In this document: piece by piece, positions 8,662-18,764 of the stretch
Layout: every line of letters starts with the position of its first letter
Numbering within the stretch: position 1 is the first letter of the stretch
From: a virus
Taxonomy: Duplodnaviria; Caudoviricetes
Reading direction: 5' to 3' (one strand)
Length of the DNA: 64,000 nucleotides
IMG/VR virus record: IMGVR_UViG_3300043344_000002
Span: 29,055-93,054 of that record
The notes under the pieces: generated by a model
Told to the model about the DNA's origin: nothing
Database searches by the model: none
The model's input: the letters and a program-made list of their open reading frames with translations, nothing else
Program-made: the position numbers and the translations under genes

Positions 8662-9603
8662 CTAGACGCGCTTACGACGGTTGACGTAGAGCAGGATGAA
8701 CGAGAGCGCGCCCAAGATGAGCATCACCAAACCAACTGCGGCGTACTCCTTGATGCCCGCTGCCCCGGTGTACGCGAGATCGTTGGAGTTGTTACCGACC
8801 GGCACTACAGCAGGCCTGGTAGTGGACGTAGAACTCTCTGTCGACGTCTCTGGGGTAGTACTGGTAGTTGTCGATGAGTCGGTTGTCGTGCTGGTGTCCG
8901 AGGAGGTGCTAGCGGTCGTCGAGCTGGGGCTGGTACCCGTCGTCGATGAGTCGGTCGTAGTCGTAGTCGTGTACGAGGTCGTCGTTGTCGTCTGCGCCGC
9001 GCACTTTCCGAACACCCACCTGGTTCCCTGGAAGGTCAAGCTCTTCAAGAATCCCTTGCCCGTCACTCCCGAACCCAACGAGAACCCAACGTGAGACACC
9101 GTTGCACTTGGGTACATCGACGTGTACTCGGCCAATGTATACCCAGCGCCTTGACCCGTGTTCGGAAGAAGTGGCCACGAAAGCGGCCGTGTTGCCCACC
9201 ACTTGCCTCCGCCTTCGTAGACGAGATGCCCAGCCCACAGGGACGTACCGTCCGGATGAACACGCAGCTGGTAGCCCGGAGCCGGACCCGACTCAGCCGA
9301 GTAGCTCATCACGGTGTCGGACTGATTCACTGATGACAACTTTACGCCCATGATGCCGACGTAACCCGAGGTCTTGCCGCCTGAGCGAGCACCGATGAGG
9401 TCGAGAGTGAGACCGGACTCAGCGAAGTCCGTATCTCGCACCGGTGTCCCAAATGCGTTCGAGTCGGAGTAGTCCCAGGTTGACGCGATCGAGCTCTCGC
9501 ACACGATCGAGTCGGTGACTTGCGCGTCGGCGGTTCCGGTGAAAAGAACGATGGGTACTAGTGAGAGCGTGCCGATGATGCCGGCTGCGATGAACTTACG
9601 CAT
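8662..9603 (-). CDS. secreted, sortase-anchored cell-wall protein
   Basis: Signal peptide MRKFIAAG...ADA, Ser/Thr-rich stalk, LAYTG + TM helix + RRKRV tail. Confidence 0.85.
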   Translation of the reverse strand: MRKFIAAGIIGTLSLVPIVLFTGTADAQVTDSIVCESSIASTWDYSDSNAFGTPVRDTDFAESGLTLDLIGARSGGKTSGYVGIMGVKLSSVNQSDTVMSYSAESGPAPGYQLRVHPDGTSLWAGHLVYEGGGKWWATRPLSWPLLPNTGQGAGYTLAEYTSMYPSATVSHVGFSLGSGVTGKGFLKSLTFQGTRWVFGKCAAQTTTTTSYTTTTTTDSSTTGTSPSSTTASTSSDTSTTTDSSTTTSTTPETSTESSTSTTRPAVVPVGNNSNDLAYTGAAGIKEYAAVGLVMLILGALSFILLYVNRRKRV

Positions 9604-9620
9604 TGCTTGGTGCTGCCCTT

Positions 9621-9992
9621 CTAGTCGGGGAACTTCATGGCGGCGATGGTGTCCTGCCACTCACGCTCGAGTTGCGTCAAGTTCGTCATGAGACGTTCTG
9701 GCTTGGCTTTGGGTTCGACGATGACTTCGAACCCGTAGTGCGCTTCGCGCTTAAAGACGTCAGAGGGTAGAGATGTCGTGATGTTCCGGCGCAACTTCTG
9801 GAAGACATCGAGAGGCATGATGTCGAGTGTGACGAGAGCTTCAGCGTACGTCTCCCCCGTTGCCTGCGCGGCGATGCAGCTGACGCAACTCGTCATGTTG
9901 ATGTGCGCTGGGTTAACTCGAGGGAGCCACGCGTCACGTCCGAGCTTTTCGTCAAACAGCGTGAGTCCGTTCCGAATCTCTGCCTCGTACAC
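9621..9992 (-). CDS. hypothetical protein
   Basis: AGGAG RBS, operon context. Confidence 0.6.
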   Translation of the reverse strand: MYEAEIRNGLTLFDEKLGRDAWLPRVNPAHINMTSCVSCIAAQATGETYAEALVTLDIMPLDVFQKLRRNITTSLPSDVFKREAHYGFEVIVEPKAKPERLMTNLTQLEREWQDTIAAMKFPD

Positions 9993-10037
9993 TGTAGCTC
10001 TCCTCGAGTTCCGCGGGTTAGAAATCAGGTATCGGGA

Positions 10038-10241
10038 TTAGTTGGGCGATGTCACCAAGTTTACCAGGATGATACCGCCCAGCGAGAGGAGGAATACGAT
10101 AAGTGGAATGATCACCGACTTTACGCTCTTCAGTGTACTCAGCGCCGCCACCGAGAGGAGAGCCGACGCGACCGCGAAGAGTGTGAGAATGACAAAGATC
10201 ACCCAGAGGGATACTTGATTGAGCGCGGGCATCCTAGTCAC
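10038..10241 (-). CDS. two-TM membrane protein
   Basis: Two hydrophobic helices; overlaps the rtcB stop. Confidence 0.6.
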   Translation of the reverse strand: MTRMPALNQVSLWVIFVILTLFAVASALLSVAALSTLKSVKSVIIPLIVFLLSLGGIILVNLVTSPN

Positions 10242-11445
10242 CCTTCACGTTGAGAATCTGATGAAGCGTGTGCTTGATGGTGACGAGGTCAGTGGAATCG
10301 GCCATCACGACATCGATGTCCTTGTACGCGCCGGGGATCTCGTCCACGAATGCTGCCGAATCACGGTACTCGATGCCCTTCATCGCTTCACGAAGGTCAT
10401 CATGCGTGAACGTCTCACGTGCCTTCTTACGCGAAAAGTTACGCCCGGCACCGTGAGGCGAAGAGTTGAGAGCCACGTGATTGCCCTTGCCCTCAACCAC
10501 GTATGACGCCGTCCCCATTGAGCCGGGGATGAGACCCATTGTCCCACTGGACGCGTCGATCGCGCCCTTGCGAGACAGCCACACCTGCTTACCGAAGTGC
10601 TTTTCGGACGTGGTGTAGTTGTGATGGCAGTTCACCGTCTCCTGCTGCTCGATGGGTTCGCCACTCCACTCTTCGACGCACAGCATGAGACGATCCATCA
10701 TCTCCTCACGGTTCATCCACGCGAACTCCTGGGCCCACCGCATCTCGCGGATGTAGCACCAGAACTCAGGATCTCCTTCAACGAGGTATGCCAGGTCTGG
10801 GTTCGGGAGGTTGATCCAGCGCTTCTCGCACTGCTGCGCCGCGATCTTGATGTGTCGCTGCGCAATGCGGTTGCCGACACCACGTGAACCCGAGTGAAGG
10901 AAGAGCCAGACACGATCTTCTTCGTCGATGGTGATCTCGATGAAGTGGTTGCCGCCGCCCAAGGTGCCAAGCTGAAGCGCCCAGTTGGGAGAGTAGTCAC
11001 TGGGGGAGAATTCAGCGGACTCGAGGGCCTTCTTCGTGAGAATGTCAACACGAATCTTGGCGGTGTTCGTGAGTTCCGTGTTGTACTTACCAGCCGACGT
11101 CGGGATGGCTGCCTCGATCGACTCGCGAAGTGCCGTGAGAGACTTTTTGGACTGCGTGAAGTCGTGCTTGGTGAACTGCGTGCGGACTGCGATCATTCCG
11201 CATCCGATGTCCACGCCCACCGCAGCGGGCATGATGGCACCAAGAGTTGGGATCACGGAGCCGACGGTGCTGCCCTTGCCGAGATGTGCGTCGGCCATGA
11301 GCGCGATGTGCGGATGGATGAAGGGCATCGTTGAGGTCTGCTCGGCCTGCCGACGCGTCTGCTCCTCGAGAATCGACGCGTAGCTGATAAGACGGTTGTT
11401 GATGTGCTCCACTAAACTGCCTTCCGAGAATCTAATGTTGGACAT
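10234..11445 (-). CDS. rtcB: RtcB RNA 2',3'-cyclic phosphate/5'-OH ligase
   Basis: DAHLG, VGVDIGCG, LGTLGGGNHFIE, LHSGSRG, HHNY, RKGA, PGSMG, HGAGR, DEIPGAYK. Confidence 0.97.
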   Translation of the reverse strand: MSNIRFSEGSLVEHINNRLISYASILEEQTRRQAEQTSTMPFIHPHIALMADAHLGKGSTVGSVIPTLGAIMPAAVGVDIGCGMIAVRTQFTKHDFTQSKKSLTALRESIEAAIPTSAGKYNTELTNTAKIRVDILTKKALESAEFSPSDYSPNWALQLGTLGGGNHFIEITIDEEDRVWLFLHSGSRGVGNRIAQRHIKIAAQQCEKRWINLPNPDLAYLVEGDPEFWCYIREMRWAQEFAWMNREEMMDRLMLCVEEWSGEPIEQQETVNCHHNYTTSEKHFGKQVWLSRKGAIDASSGTMGLIPGSMGTASYVVEGKGNHVALNSSPHGAGRNFSRKKARETFTHDDLREAMKGIEYRDSAAFVDEIPGAYKDIDVVMADSTDLVTIKHTLHQILNVKGD

Positions 11446-11452
11446 TAAGTAA

Positions 11453-11953
11453 TTAGGATACTGGCCACGCGTAGAAGAGACTTTTATCGCACATGGTGCC
11501 TACGATGGTCAGTGCACTTCGCCTACACTTACATCGTGGAAACGTGCAACCGTCTGAGGTATGATGCGACCACGAGTGCGTGCACCAGTCTTGATTCTCA
11601 CCTATTACAAGACTTGCGATTTGTCGAAGTCTTTGCTCAACCTCACTTCGTCGTCCGGGAGTAAACGCAATGGGAAGTGGTTTTGAGTTTACGATCTCAC
11701 ATGCCTTCGTGTACGCGTCTTCCCACGTCTGGAACGCCCAGAGATCCCACTTGTCGTTATTCTGATCGGACACGACCCAGGGAAACACGATGCCGCTGAT
11801 CACGGTGGATCCACGAAGCCAGCCTGGGTAGCCTACACCGCTAAGTGGACGAAGTTTTCGTACGTAAGGGCGAATCGGCATAACGAACCCGTTGAGCTTA
11901 CGAAGCTGCTCGATGGTGATCAGATGTTCACCCGGTGGAAGCTTCTCATTCAT
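11453..11953 (-). CDS. hypothetical protein
   Basis: ATGA-coupled ORF; N-half resembles 11950-12201. Confidence 0.6.
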   Translation of the reverse strand: MNEKLPPGEHLITIEQLRKLNGFVMPIRPYVRKLRPLSGVGYPGWLRGSTVISGIVFPWVVSDQNNDKWDLWAFQTWEDAYTKACEIVNSKPLPIAFTPGRRSEVEQRLRQIASLVIGENQDWCTHSWSHHTSDGCTFPRCKCRRSALTIVGTMCDKSLFYAWPVS

Positions 11954-12201
11954 CGTCTTACCTGCTCATCAACCCACTTGATCGCGTTCGCGTGCGTGCT
12001 GAACCGCAGTGCACGACGTGCATCACGTGATGAAAAGACGAACCAAGGTAGCCTGTTATTGAACGGGTGATCATCGGGAGTGTCACCCGGGCGAATTCGC
12101 CGGATGTACGCGTACCCGTTGAACTCACGCATGATTCTCTGAAATGCGTGTCGTCGAGCGTTCACGCGCTCGATGTAGTCGTCAAGACGCTCTTCGTTCA
12201 T
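11950..12201 (-). CDS. hypothetical protein
   Basis: ATGA-coupled ORF. Confidence 0.6.
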   Translation of the reverse strand: MNEERLDDYIERVNARRHAFQRIMREFNGYAYIRRIRPGDTPDDHPFNNRLPWFVFSSRDARRALRFSTHANAIKWVDEQVRR

Positions 12202-12710
12202 GCCGTCGCTCGCTGGGTGTAAGCGCGCTCGAGGTCAGTGTCGAACCCGGCCGCCTGTGCGAGCGCACGAGCCGCCGGACGAGTGAGAAATGGCGGCTGT
12301 GGAGCACCGGCTGGGCTGCTCTTGCGCACAGTGAACGCCTCGATGACCTCATGCGCTGAGCGAACGGCCTCGTATCGGTAGTGCACCACTTCATCGGGCA
12401 CGATCGAGACACCGGAGTGGTGAAGTAGGTAGTTGGACCCGACGAGTTCGCCCTCCTCCGCAGCGAGTTCCACGAGACGGAAGATGCGAGTCTCGAACCA
12501 GCGGCACGCGTTGCAGTGGTGCTTGGGTAGTGCAAACTTAGCACCACTGACATGGTTCTGGTGTCGGTCACGCTGCGATGAGCCAACACCGATGAAGCGC
12601 GCACTGACGACGATGGGTTCGCTCCGGCTCACTGGCAGTGTCCAGATGGACCGGTGACCGACGTTGGACGGTCGTGGAAGTTTACTGTGATTAATGATCA
12701 CGCTTGACAT
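12198..12710 (-). CDS. hypothetical protein (CxxC)
   Basis: ATG 12710 after GGAGAGGA; HHCNACRWFE. Confidence 0.65.
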   Translation of the reverse strand: MSSVIINHSKLPRPSNVGHRSIWTLPVSRSEPIVVSARFIGVGSSQRDRHQNHVSGAKFALPKHHCNACRWFETRIFRLVELAAEEGELVGSNYLLHHSGVSIVPDEVVHYRYEAVRSAHEVIEAFTVRKSSPAGAPQPPFLTRPAARALAQAAGFDTDLERAYTQRATA

Positions 12711-12878
12711 CGTGTCGTCCTCTCCTGTAGTTCCTGTAGACCTAACGACTGGTCCCACGTCCTTCGGGCGGTGTCGTGGGACCAGTCGTGACCAACCTGG
12801 GGGGAGCACGGTCGGGGACGTGCGGGGTTGGTCGATGTCAACTGTACTCAGCGGGTGTCTGACCGTGAGATGTTGGGT

Positions 12879-13235
12879 TTACTTGCAGAAATACTTGGCC
12901 GCTGAGTTGTACATGACACGTGCCTGCGACTCGGTCCAGCTGTCTTTGAGTTCGGTAATGATGTCGCTCTCGGAGACACCAGCGTCACGCTTCTGACACG
13001 TCATCTTCCCAATCGTGATGACGGTGCTCTCCTTTACCGCGGTGTCAAGATCAGATTCCATGAGAGGTCCGATGTCCGACAGGAAGGCTTTCTCCTTGAC
13101 GGTGTAAGAGTCGTGGTCGTTTTGCTGTGGCGAACACGACGTGATCGACATGACAATGCCGAAGAACGTCAGTAGAAGGATCAAGGTAATCGCGGCCTGG
13201 ATCGTTTGGCGACGGGTGCTGTCATCCATACTCAT
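12879..13235 (-). CDS. lipoprotein (DUF732-like)
   Basis: Hydrophobic leader + ITSC lipobox; IGKMTC...AAKYFC. Confidence 0.65.
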   Translation of the reverse strand: MSMDDSTRRQTIQAAITLILLLTFFGIVMSITSCSPQQNDHDSYTVKEKAFLSDIGPLMESDLDTAVKESTVITIGKMTCQKRDAGVSESDIITELKDSWTESQARVMYNSAAKYFCK

Positions 13236-13493
13236 GTGTTGCTCTCCTAAGTCCTAAGTGTACTCTCTGATCAAGACGGAGGGCGGCGAGGTTGTAGATT
13301 AGAGGTCTACTCTCGAGTAAAACTGCCCGACGTGGGAAGTGCCGAGAGCGTCATCAATGCACAAGTCCAGTGGCGACTGGATGACACAAAGACACGCTCT
13401 CGGCACTCGGTACGAAGGCATGACACCCCCTCTGAAAGGTGAGATACCCGTGGCAGATTGTATCGTGCGCACGCTTCACGGCGAGGGTCCAGA

Positions 13494-15863
13494 GTGACGG
13501 GGCCGTACGGGCAGGCCGCGCGGCTCTACTGGGATGCTGGCTGGCCGTCACCATTTCCGATCGTGGGTAAGTTCCCACCACCTTCCGGCTGGACCGGATA
13601 TGATGGTGCGTGGCCAGATGAGACGCAAATCGATGAGTGGGAGCGCAGCCAGCACGCGCGCAACATCGCGCTACGTATGCCTGATGGTGTCATCGGTATC
13701 GACATCGACGCCTATGACGGACGCAACGGTCTTGAAAAGATCGAGTGGTATGAACTCAATCTTGACGAACCACTACCTCCCACCTGGACATCGACGTCAC
13801 GTACCGATGGTAGCGGCTCAGGTATCAAGTTCTATCGTGTACCCGAAGGTCTTAACTGGAAGTCAAAACTTGAGAAAGACGCCAATGTCGAAATTGTACG
13901 TACGGGACATCGGTATGCAATGGTGTGGCCGTCCGTGCATCCTGATACGAATCAGGTGTATCACTGGAAAACACCAGATGGTGAAGTAACCACTGAGATT
14001 CCCGTCATTGGTGAATTCACAATGCTGGGGCCTAAGTGGATAGAAGTACTGCAAACCACCGCGCCTACTCCTGGGACTGAGTCTGGTGCTGATGGCACTA
14101 ATCACGCAACTGATGACGAAGAAGTAAGTCATAACGGTGATGTCATTGATGTCGACTCGATCTACTCAGAAGGCTTGCCGATAGGCGATCAGCAAAACCA
14201 GCTCTTTGCTTACTTCTGCTCAATGCGAGCGCGTCGCTGGCGTCGTGTTGAGATGATTAACGCGGGTATGTTCGTTCTCCAGCGAATGGAAAACGACCCG
14301 AATAAAGCACCATGGACACCCGAGGGCATCGTCGACATCGTCGATCATGTTCGGCGGTTGTACCCGGCTGGCATGAGCTCGGGAATGCAAGGCCTAGGCC
14401 CGGGAGCACTTGCGTACGCTCAGCGACTCGCTGGCGGGCAAGGCGTCACTGAGATCAATGAGCTACCGCCACGTGAAGCACTCGCAACTGACATGGGCAA
14501 TTCCATGCGGATGGTGCAACTCCTTGGTGATCGCATCAGGTACGCGGTGCGCGAGGATCAGTGGTACGTCTGGGATGATGTTCGTTGGTGTCCTGATGAT
14601 ACAAACCGTGTTATGGAGCTTACGAAGAATGTTGTCGATGCAATTCGTGGAGACGCGATCATTGCCGAAGGAGATGAGCGTACTCGTTGGCTCAACTGGG
14701 CACGAGACTCGGAAAGTCTGGCACGTCGTAAAGCAATGATCGCGGGCGCAGAGTCCGAGCCTAGCTTGGTTATCAACACGACTAATATGGATAGCAACCC
14801 AAACATCCTAGTGGTGCGCAACGGCACATTGGACCTGCTCACTGGTCAATTGCGCGAGTCCAGGAGGGAAGAGTTGTGTAGTCACCTAGCCGAGGTGGAC
14901 TACGTCGAAGACGCACCATTCGAGCGTTGGCTGTCTCACGTTCACTTCGTTTGCAATGGTGATCCCATTCTCATGGCGTACCTACAGCGTGCTGCCGGGT
15001 ATTCGCTCACCGGTAACGTAGGTGCACGAAGCTTCTTCTTCATGGAGGGCACCGGGTCGAATGGTAAGAACGCATTCGTTGAGCCACTCATGATGGTGAT
15101 GGGAAGCTACGCCAAGACTGCCACCACCGCGCTGCTGACCGGTGGAGACGAGCAGCACCCGACGATTCTCGCGGACTTGCAAGGAGCACGTCTGGTCTTC
15201 ATCGATGAGACACGGCAGGGTAAGGCGCTTAACGTCGAGCGGCTCAAAGCATTGACGGGAAGTAAGCGCGTCAAGGCCCGGAAGATGAACAAAAACTTCT
15301 ACGAGTTTGATGCGCAGTTCAAGCTGTGGATCGCGGGGAATGGACAGCCTACGATTCGGGATCCCAGTGATGGTGTTTGGAACCGAATGCACCGGGTGGT
15401 CTGTCACGGAAAGATCGCGCCCGGTAAGGCGATTGCTGGCTATGGAGACTTGTTGTACAAGGAGGAGGCATCGGGCATCCTACGTTGGGCTTTGGAGGGA
15501 TTGCAAGGTTATCGAGAACTTGGCGGACTGGGCATTCCGGACAGCATCAAGCAGGATGTACAGTCTTATCGTGATGAAGAGGATTACGTCGGGCAGTTCA
15601 TCGAGGACGTGTTGATCAGGACTGGAAATAGTGGAGATGCGCTCTTTAATAAAGATCTTTATGCTGCGTACGAACGCTGGGCTGTGGAACACGGTTTGCG
15701 TGGTGTCGATAAGCTGAATGCTGCTGTTTTGGGTAAGGCGCTTGTTGGTCATGGCATTGAGCGTCCGAATGGCCCAATCTCCATCAATAAAGAGAAGGGT
15801 CGTGGTTATCGGGGGATTAAGTTCCGTGATGGAACTACGGCATGGCTGAACAGCTTGGGCTAG
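13494..15863 (+). CDS. bifunctional primase-polymerase / D5-like SF3 helicase
   Basis: IGIDID prim-pol motif, TDMGNS, WYVWDD.RW, GTGSNGKN Walker A, FIDE Walker B. Confidence 0.93.
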   Translation: MTGPYGQAARLYWDAGWPSPFPIVGKFPPPSGWTGYDGAWPDETQIDEWERSQHARNIALRMPDGVIGIDIDAYDGRNGLEKIEWYELNLDEPLPPTWTSTSRTDGSGSGIKFYRVPEGLNWKSKLEKDANVEIVRTGHRYAMVWPSVHPDTNQVYHWKTPDGEVTTEIPVIGEFTMLGPKWIEVLQTTAPTPGTESGADGTNHATDDEEVSHNGDVIDVDSIYSEGLPIGDQQNQLFAYFCSMRARRWRRVEMINAGMFVLQRMENDPNKAPWTPEGIVDIVDHVRRLYPAGMSSGMQGLGPGALAYAQRLAGGQGVTEINELPPREALATDMGNSMRMVQLLGDRIRYAVREDQWYVWDDVRWCPDDTNRVMELTKNVVDAIRGDAIIAEGDERTRWLNWARDSESLARRKAMIAGAESEPSLVINTTNMDSNPNILVVRNGTLDLLTGQLRESRREELCSHLAEVDYVEDAPFERWLSHVHFVCNGDPILMAYLQRAAGYSLTGNVGARSFFFMEGTGSNGKNAFVEPLMMVMGSYAKTATTALLTGGDEQHPTILADLQGARLVFIDETRQGKALNVERLKALTGSKRVKARKMNKNFYEFDAQFKLWIAGNGQPTIRDPSDGVWNRMHRVVCHGKIAPGKAIAGYGDLLYKEEASGILRWALEGLQGYRELGGLGIPDSIKQDVQSYRDEEDYVGQFIEDVLIRTGNSGDALFNKDLYAAYERWAVEHGLRGVDKLNAAVLGKALVGHGIERPNGPISINKEKGRGYRGIKFRDGTTAWLNSLG

Positions 15864-15883
15864 TCAATCACTGAGTTTTCGTA

Positions 15884-16268
15884 GGTTACAGCAGCGGTTA
15901 CAGCAGCGGTTACAGCAGCGGTTACAGCAGGTTTTTGGTTACAGCAAGATGTCGGGTCGGTAACAGCAGGCCGAATGTAGGTAACAGCAGGATCGACACC
16001 TGCTGTTACCTACTAAATAGGTTCTTATGAATCTCTGAAGTCGGGTTTTAGGATAATTTTTATACTTCGTTACAGCAGTTACAGCAATTACAGCAAAAAT
16101 GGTAGTTGACCGTATACGCTCGGTTGAGGGGGTAAGACTAACATGATTAGTACAAACGGACTACGCGATAGCTGCTCTACCGTCCGTATTGGTAGCTACC
16201 GGAAAATTGCTGTAACTGCTGTAACTGCTGTTACCTGGAGATCAACTAGGACAGTCGGGTAACAGCAA
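15884..16268 (+). repeat. iteron array, putative replication origin
   Basis: About 15 direct and inverted GT(T/A)ACAGCA copies (4 tandem 12-mers GGTTACAGCAGC) around an AT-rich core, directly after the primase gene. Confidence 0.8.
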
Positions 16269-16269
16269 A

Positions 16270-16596
16270 TTGTTGATCTCTAAAGAGCTGTTCAGTGGCA
16301 GTTCACGAGATAATGTCGAGATGCGATCGTATGATAAGGTTGAAGACATGAGCGAAGATTACTCACCTAAACATCCAGATGATCCACCAAGCGATGGCAT
16401 CGATCGTTGTCGTTGGCTTGGGTGTTATGTCGCTGCAAATGGTGCTGGTGCTCCATTGTGTAATTTTCATAAAGATGCACCGGGAGCACAACTTATCATT
16501 GAAGCACTAGATGCTGGCGAGAGAATGTACGTCTTCGCTAAGACAGAAGACGAGATGCGTCAACTCGAGAATAAGACAAGATTGCGCAATGGCTAG
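16270..16596 (+). CDS. hypothetical Cys/His protein
   Basis: CRWLGC...LCNFH; true start probably internal. Confidence 0.5.
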   Translation: MLISKELFSGSSRDNVEMRSYDKVEDMSEDYSPKHPDDPPSDGIDRCRWLGCYVAANGAGAPLCNFHKDAPGAQLIIEALDAGERMYVFAKTEDEMRQLENKTRLRNG

Positions 16597-17260
16597 GCGA
16601 CGTCTTGCACGACGTCTCATGCTTAAATGCGCAAAGACTACGCGCTCGGGGCGTGAGTGCCGGCTGTCGGCAGGTGAAGACACACAGCATCTGGGGTTTG
16701 GGCCGTGTCGCATTCATGGTAAGGCGAAAGAGCATAGGGCGTGGGAAATGGCGATGGACGTAGCACGGGAACTGCACATCTCACCGTGGGAAGCACTGCT
16801 TAAGAGCGTTCGTTTGAGCGCCGGACGAGCGGAGTGGGTTGACGCGCAGCTACGTGAATCGGTGCAACGCAATGATGGTGAGATGACGAGTGGAGAAGTC
16901 GTTCACTGGTTGAAGGAAAGCCGGCTCGAGAGGACGATGCTGGCAAAGGTCGCGAAGGCAGCGATCGACGCGGGAGTCTCTGAGCGTTTGGTGAGGAACG
17001 TCGAGTTGGAGGGGCAGCTGGTGGCGGAAGTCATCGGGCGCGTGCTTGACAAGCTGGCACTGGACCCTGCGATGAGGGTGCTGGCGTTTGAGGAAGCCCA
17101 CCGGCAGTTGCTAGTACTAGAGGCCCCGTCTGGTACCCCAGTAGAGGTGCAGGGCACCTGGAGTCCTCCGGGGGTAGTCGACAATGGGGAGGGTGACGGG
17201 TGGTCTCCGGGGAGGTCTGAGGGGGAGGATGACAAGGATGGCGATAGTGGGACTCATTGA
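16589..17260 (+). CDS. probable terminase small subunit (HGGxSTG-like Zn domain)
   Basis: CAKTTRSGREC...GPCRIHG plus helical AIDAGVSERLVR segment typical of actinophage TerS. Confidence 0.55.
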   Translation: MARRRLARRLMLKCAKTTRSGRECRLSAGEDTQHLGFGPCRIHGKAKEHRAWEMAMDVARELHISPWEALLKSVRLSAGRAEWVDAQLRESVQRNDGEMTSGEVVHWLKESRLERTMLAKVAKAAIDAGVSERLVRNVELEGQLVAEVIGRVLDKLALDPAMRVLAFEEAHRQLLVLEAPSGTPVEVQGTWSPPGVVDNGEGDGWSPGRSEGEDDKDGDSGTH

Positions 17261-17633
17261 TGAAATCCCTGAGATGATTCGCAGCTACCATGAGAAGAAC
17301 AGGGCGCGGCTCGCTCTCTCACTGGACATTCCGATGGAGGGGTTCAAGCGAACGCATGTCGTAAGCTATGAGTCGTTGAACGTCTCGTTGACGGATGAGC
17401 TGGTTCGAAGGTGTTATGATGAGGGGATGATTAGCGAGGATAGGGAACGGGTCCTCGTTATGGGAGGATGGATTCGAATAGTCGGAGGTGAGAGACGAGT
17501 AAGTGACGCACTAGGAGATAGACCAGTGCAGCGAGAGACCAAGGAGAGGCAAGGTGGAGGTGCGAAGCGCCAAGCGCCACTCACTGGACCTAGGCGAGCC
17601 GCTTTTACACGGAGAGGAAAGGACGACACGTGA
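17238..17633 (+). CDS. hypothetical protein
   Basis: Coupled ORF. Confidence 0.5.
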   Translation: MAIVGLIDEIPEMIRSYHEKNRARLALSLDIPMEGFKRTHVVSYESLNVSLTDELVRRCYDEGMISEDRERVLVMGGWIRIVGGERRVSDALGDRPVQRETKERQGGGAKRQAPLTGPRRAAFTRRGKDDT

Positions 17634-17905
17634 CTGAACCTAGGCTAGGCGAGTCTAGTTGGCGAGTCGTAGATCGTGTCCTAGTTGAGCACGCACGGCG
17701 AGCTGACGCTCTGCAAGAGCAGCTGACGGCACATGCCGAAATGCACGAGATTCTGAATCGTCGCATTAACACGCTCCACGAGTACCGTGAAGCACGAGAT
17801 CGTGAAGATGCTACGCGAGATAAGCGCATTGAGAAGCTCGTCGAGCGACTGGACCGTGCCTACACGAAGATCCACAACATTGAGCGAAAGCTGAGGGAGA
17901 CGTAA
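17630..17905 (+). CDS. coiled-coil protein
   Basis: GTGA overlap, heptad pattern. Confidence 0.55.
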   Translation: MTEPRLGESSWRVVDRVLVEHARRADALQEQLTAHAEMHEILNRRINTLHEYREARDREDATRDKRIEKLVERLDRAYTKIHNIERKLRET

Positions 17906-18073
17906 GTGACATGGCATGACACGCGCATCTGCGCACAGGAGAAGAAGTTTTCAGTGACGATGTGGTTCTGCATCGGACTTAGTATGGGACTCGTAGCACG
18001 AAGCATTAGTAGGCGAGTGCGGCGCGCCTGAGTGGCAATTGTCCTGCTGTTTGTTAAGAGAGTAGGAGAGGCA

Positions 18074-18496
18074 ATGCAGATCCGTAAGATGACTGTTGAC
18101 GAAATGAACGAGTTCCTGACACAACCGCTGGTCGCAGTGTTCGCAGTGAACGAGTCCTTTAAGGCTCCGCACCAGACGCCGGTATGGTTTCGGTATGACG
18201 CGAAGTCGGGATTGTTTTACGTTATGAGCAAGAGCGACTCCAAGAAGATGCGACTACTCAGGGAGCTTCGCTCACATGACTCGATCTCACTGTGCATTCA
18301 GGTCAGTGAGGGCGCCACTGCGAAATACGTGAACATGAGTGGTGATGTTTCTTTGGAGCCACTCATGCCGCACACAGTGGAGGAGTTCGCCATGAAGTAC
18401 CTATCTCCTATTCACCGTGAGGCATACGTGGCCAGCACTCCCGAGGACACGCTTCTGATCATCGAGCCGACTAAGATTATCACTGGAGTGATTTGA
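18074..18496 (+). CDS. pyridoxamine 5'-phosphate oxidase-like (PPOX/F420 class) protein
   Basis: EMNEFL...PHQTPVWF.Y...SKKMRLL...ISLCIQ...YVNMSG. Confidence 0.8.
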   Translation: MQIRKMTVDEMNEFLTQPLVAVFAVNESFKAPHQTPVWFRYDAKSGLFYVMSKSDSKKMRLLRELRSHDSISLCIQVSEGATAKYVNMSGDVSLEPLMPHTVEEFAMKYLSPIHREAYVASTPEDTLLIIEPTKIITGVI

Positions 18497-18764
18497 GTGG
18501 ATGACGTAGTTATGTTGGAGACACAAGCTGACTACCCCGTGCCATGGTGGTGTTGGGTGATTATGGCTGTGGTTGGTGTAGCTCTAGCGAGTTTGATCTC
18601 GCTACTGGCTTTCGTCGGACGGCCGCTGGAATGACAGAATTGCACTGGTCTATCGGAGACCACGATGAAGATGAAGAAGTCGTCACGCCATGTGGCTGGT
18701 GTCAGGAACCTGATGGTGACAACTGCCGGTGCTACGTTGAGCTTGATGAAGAGGAGTACGAACG

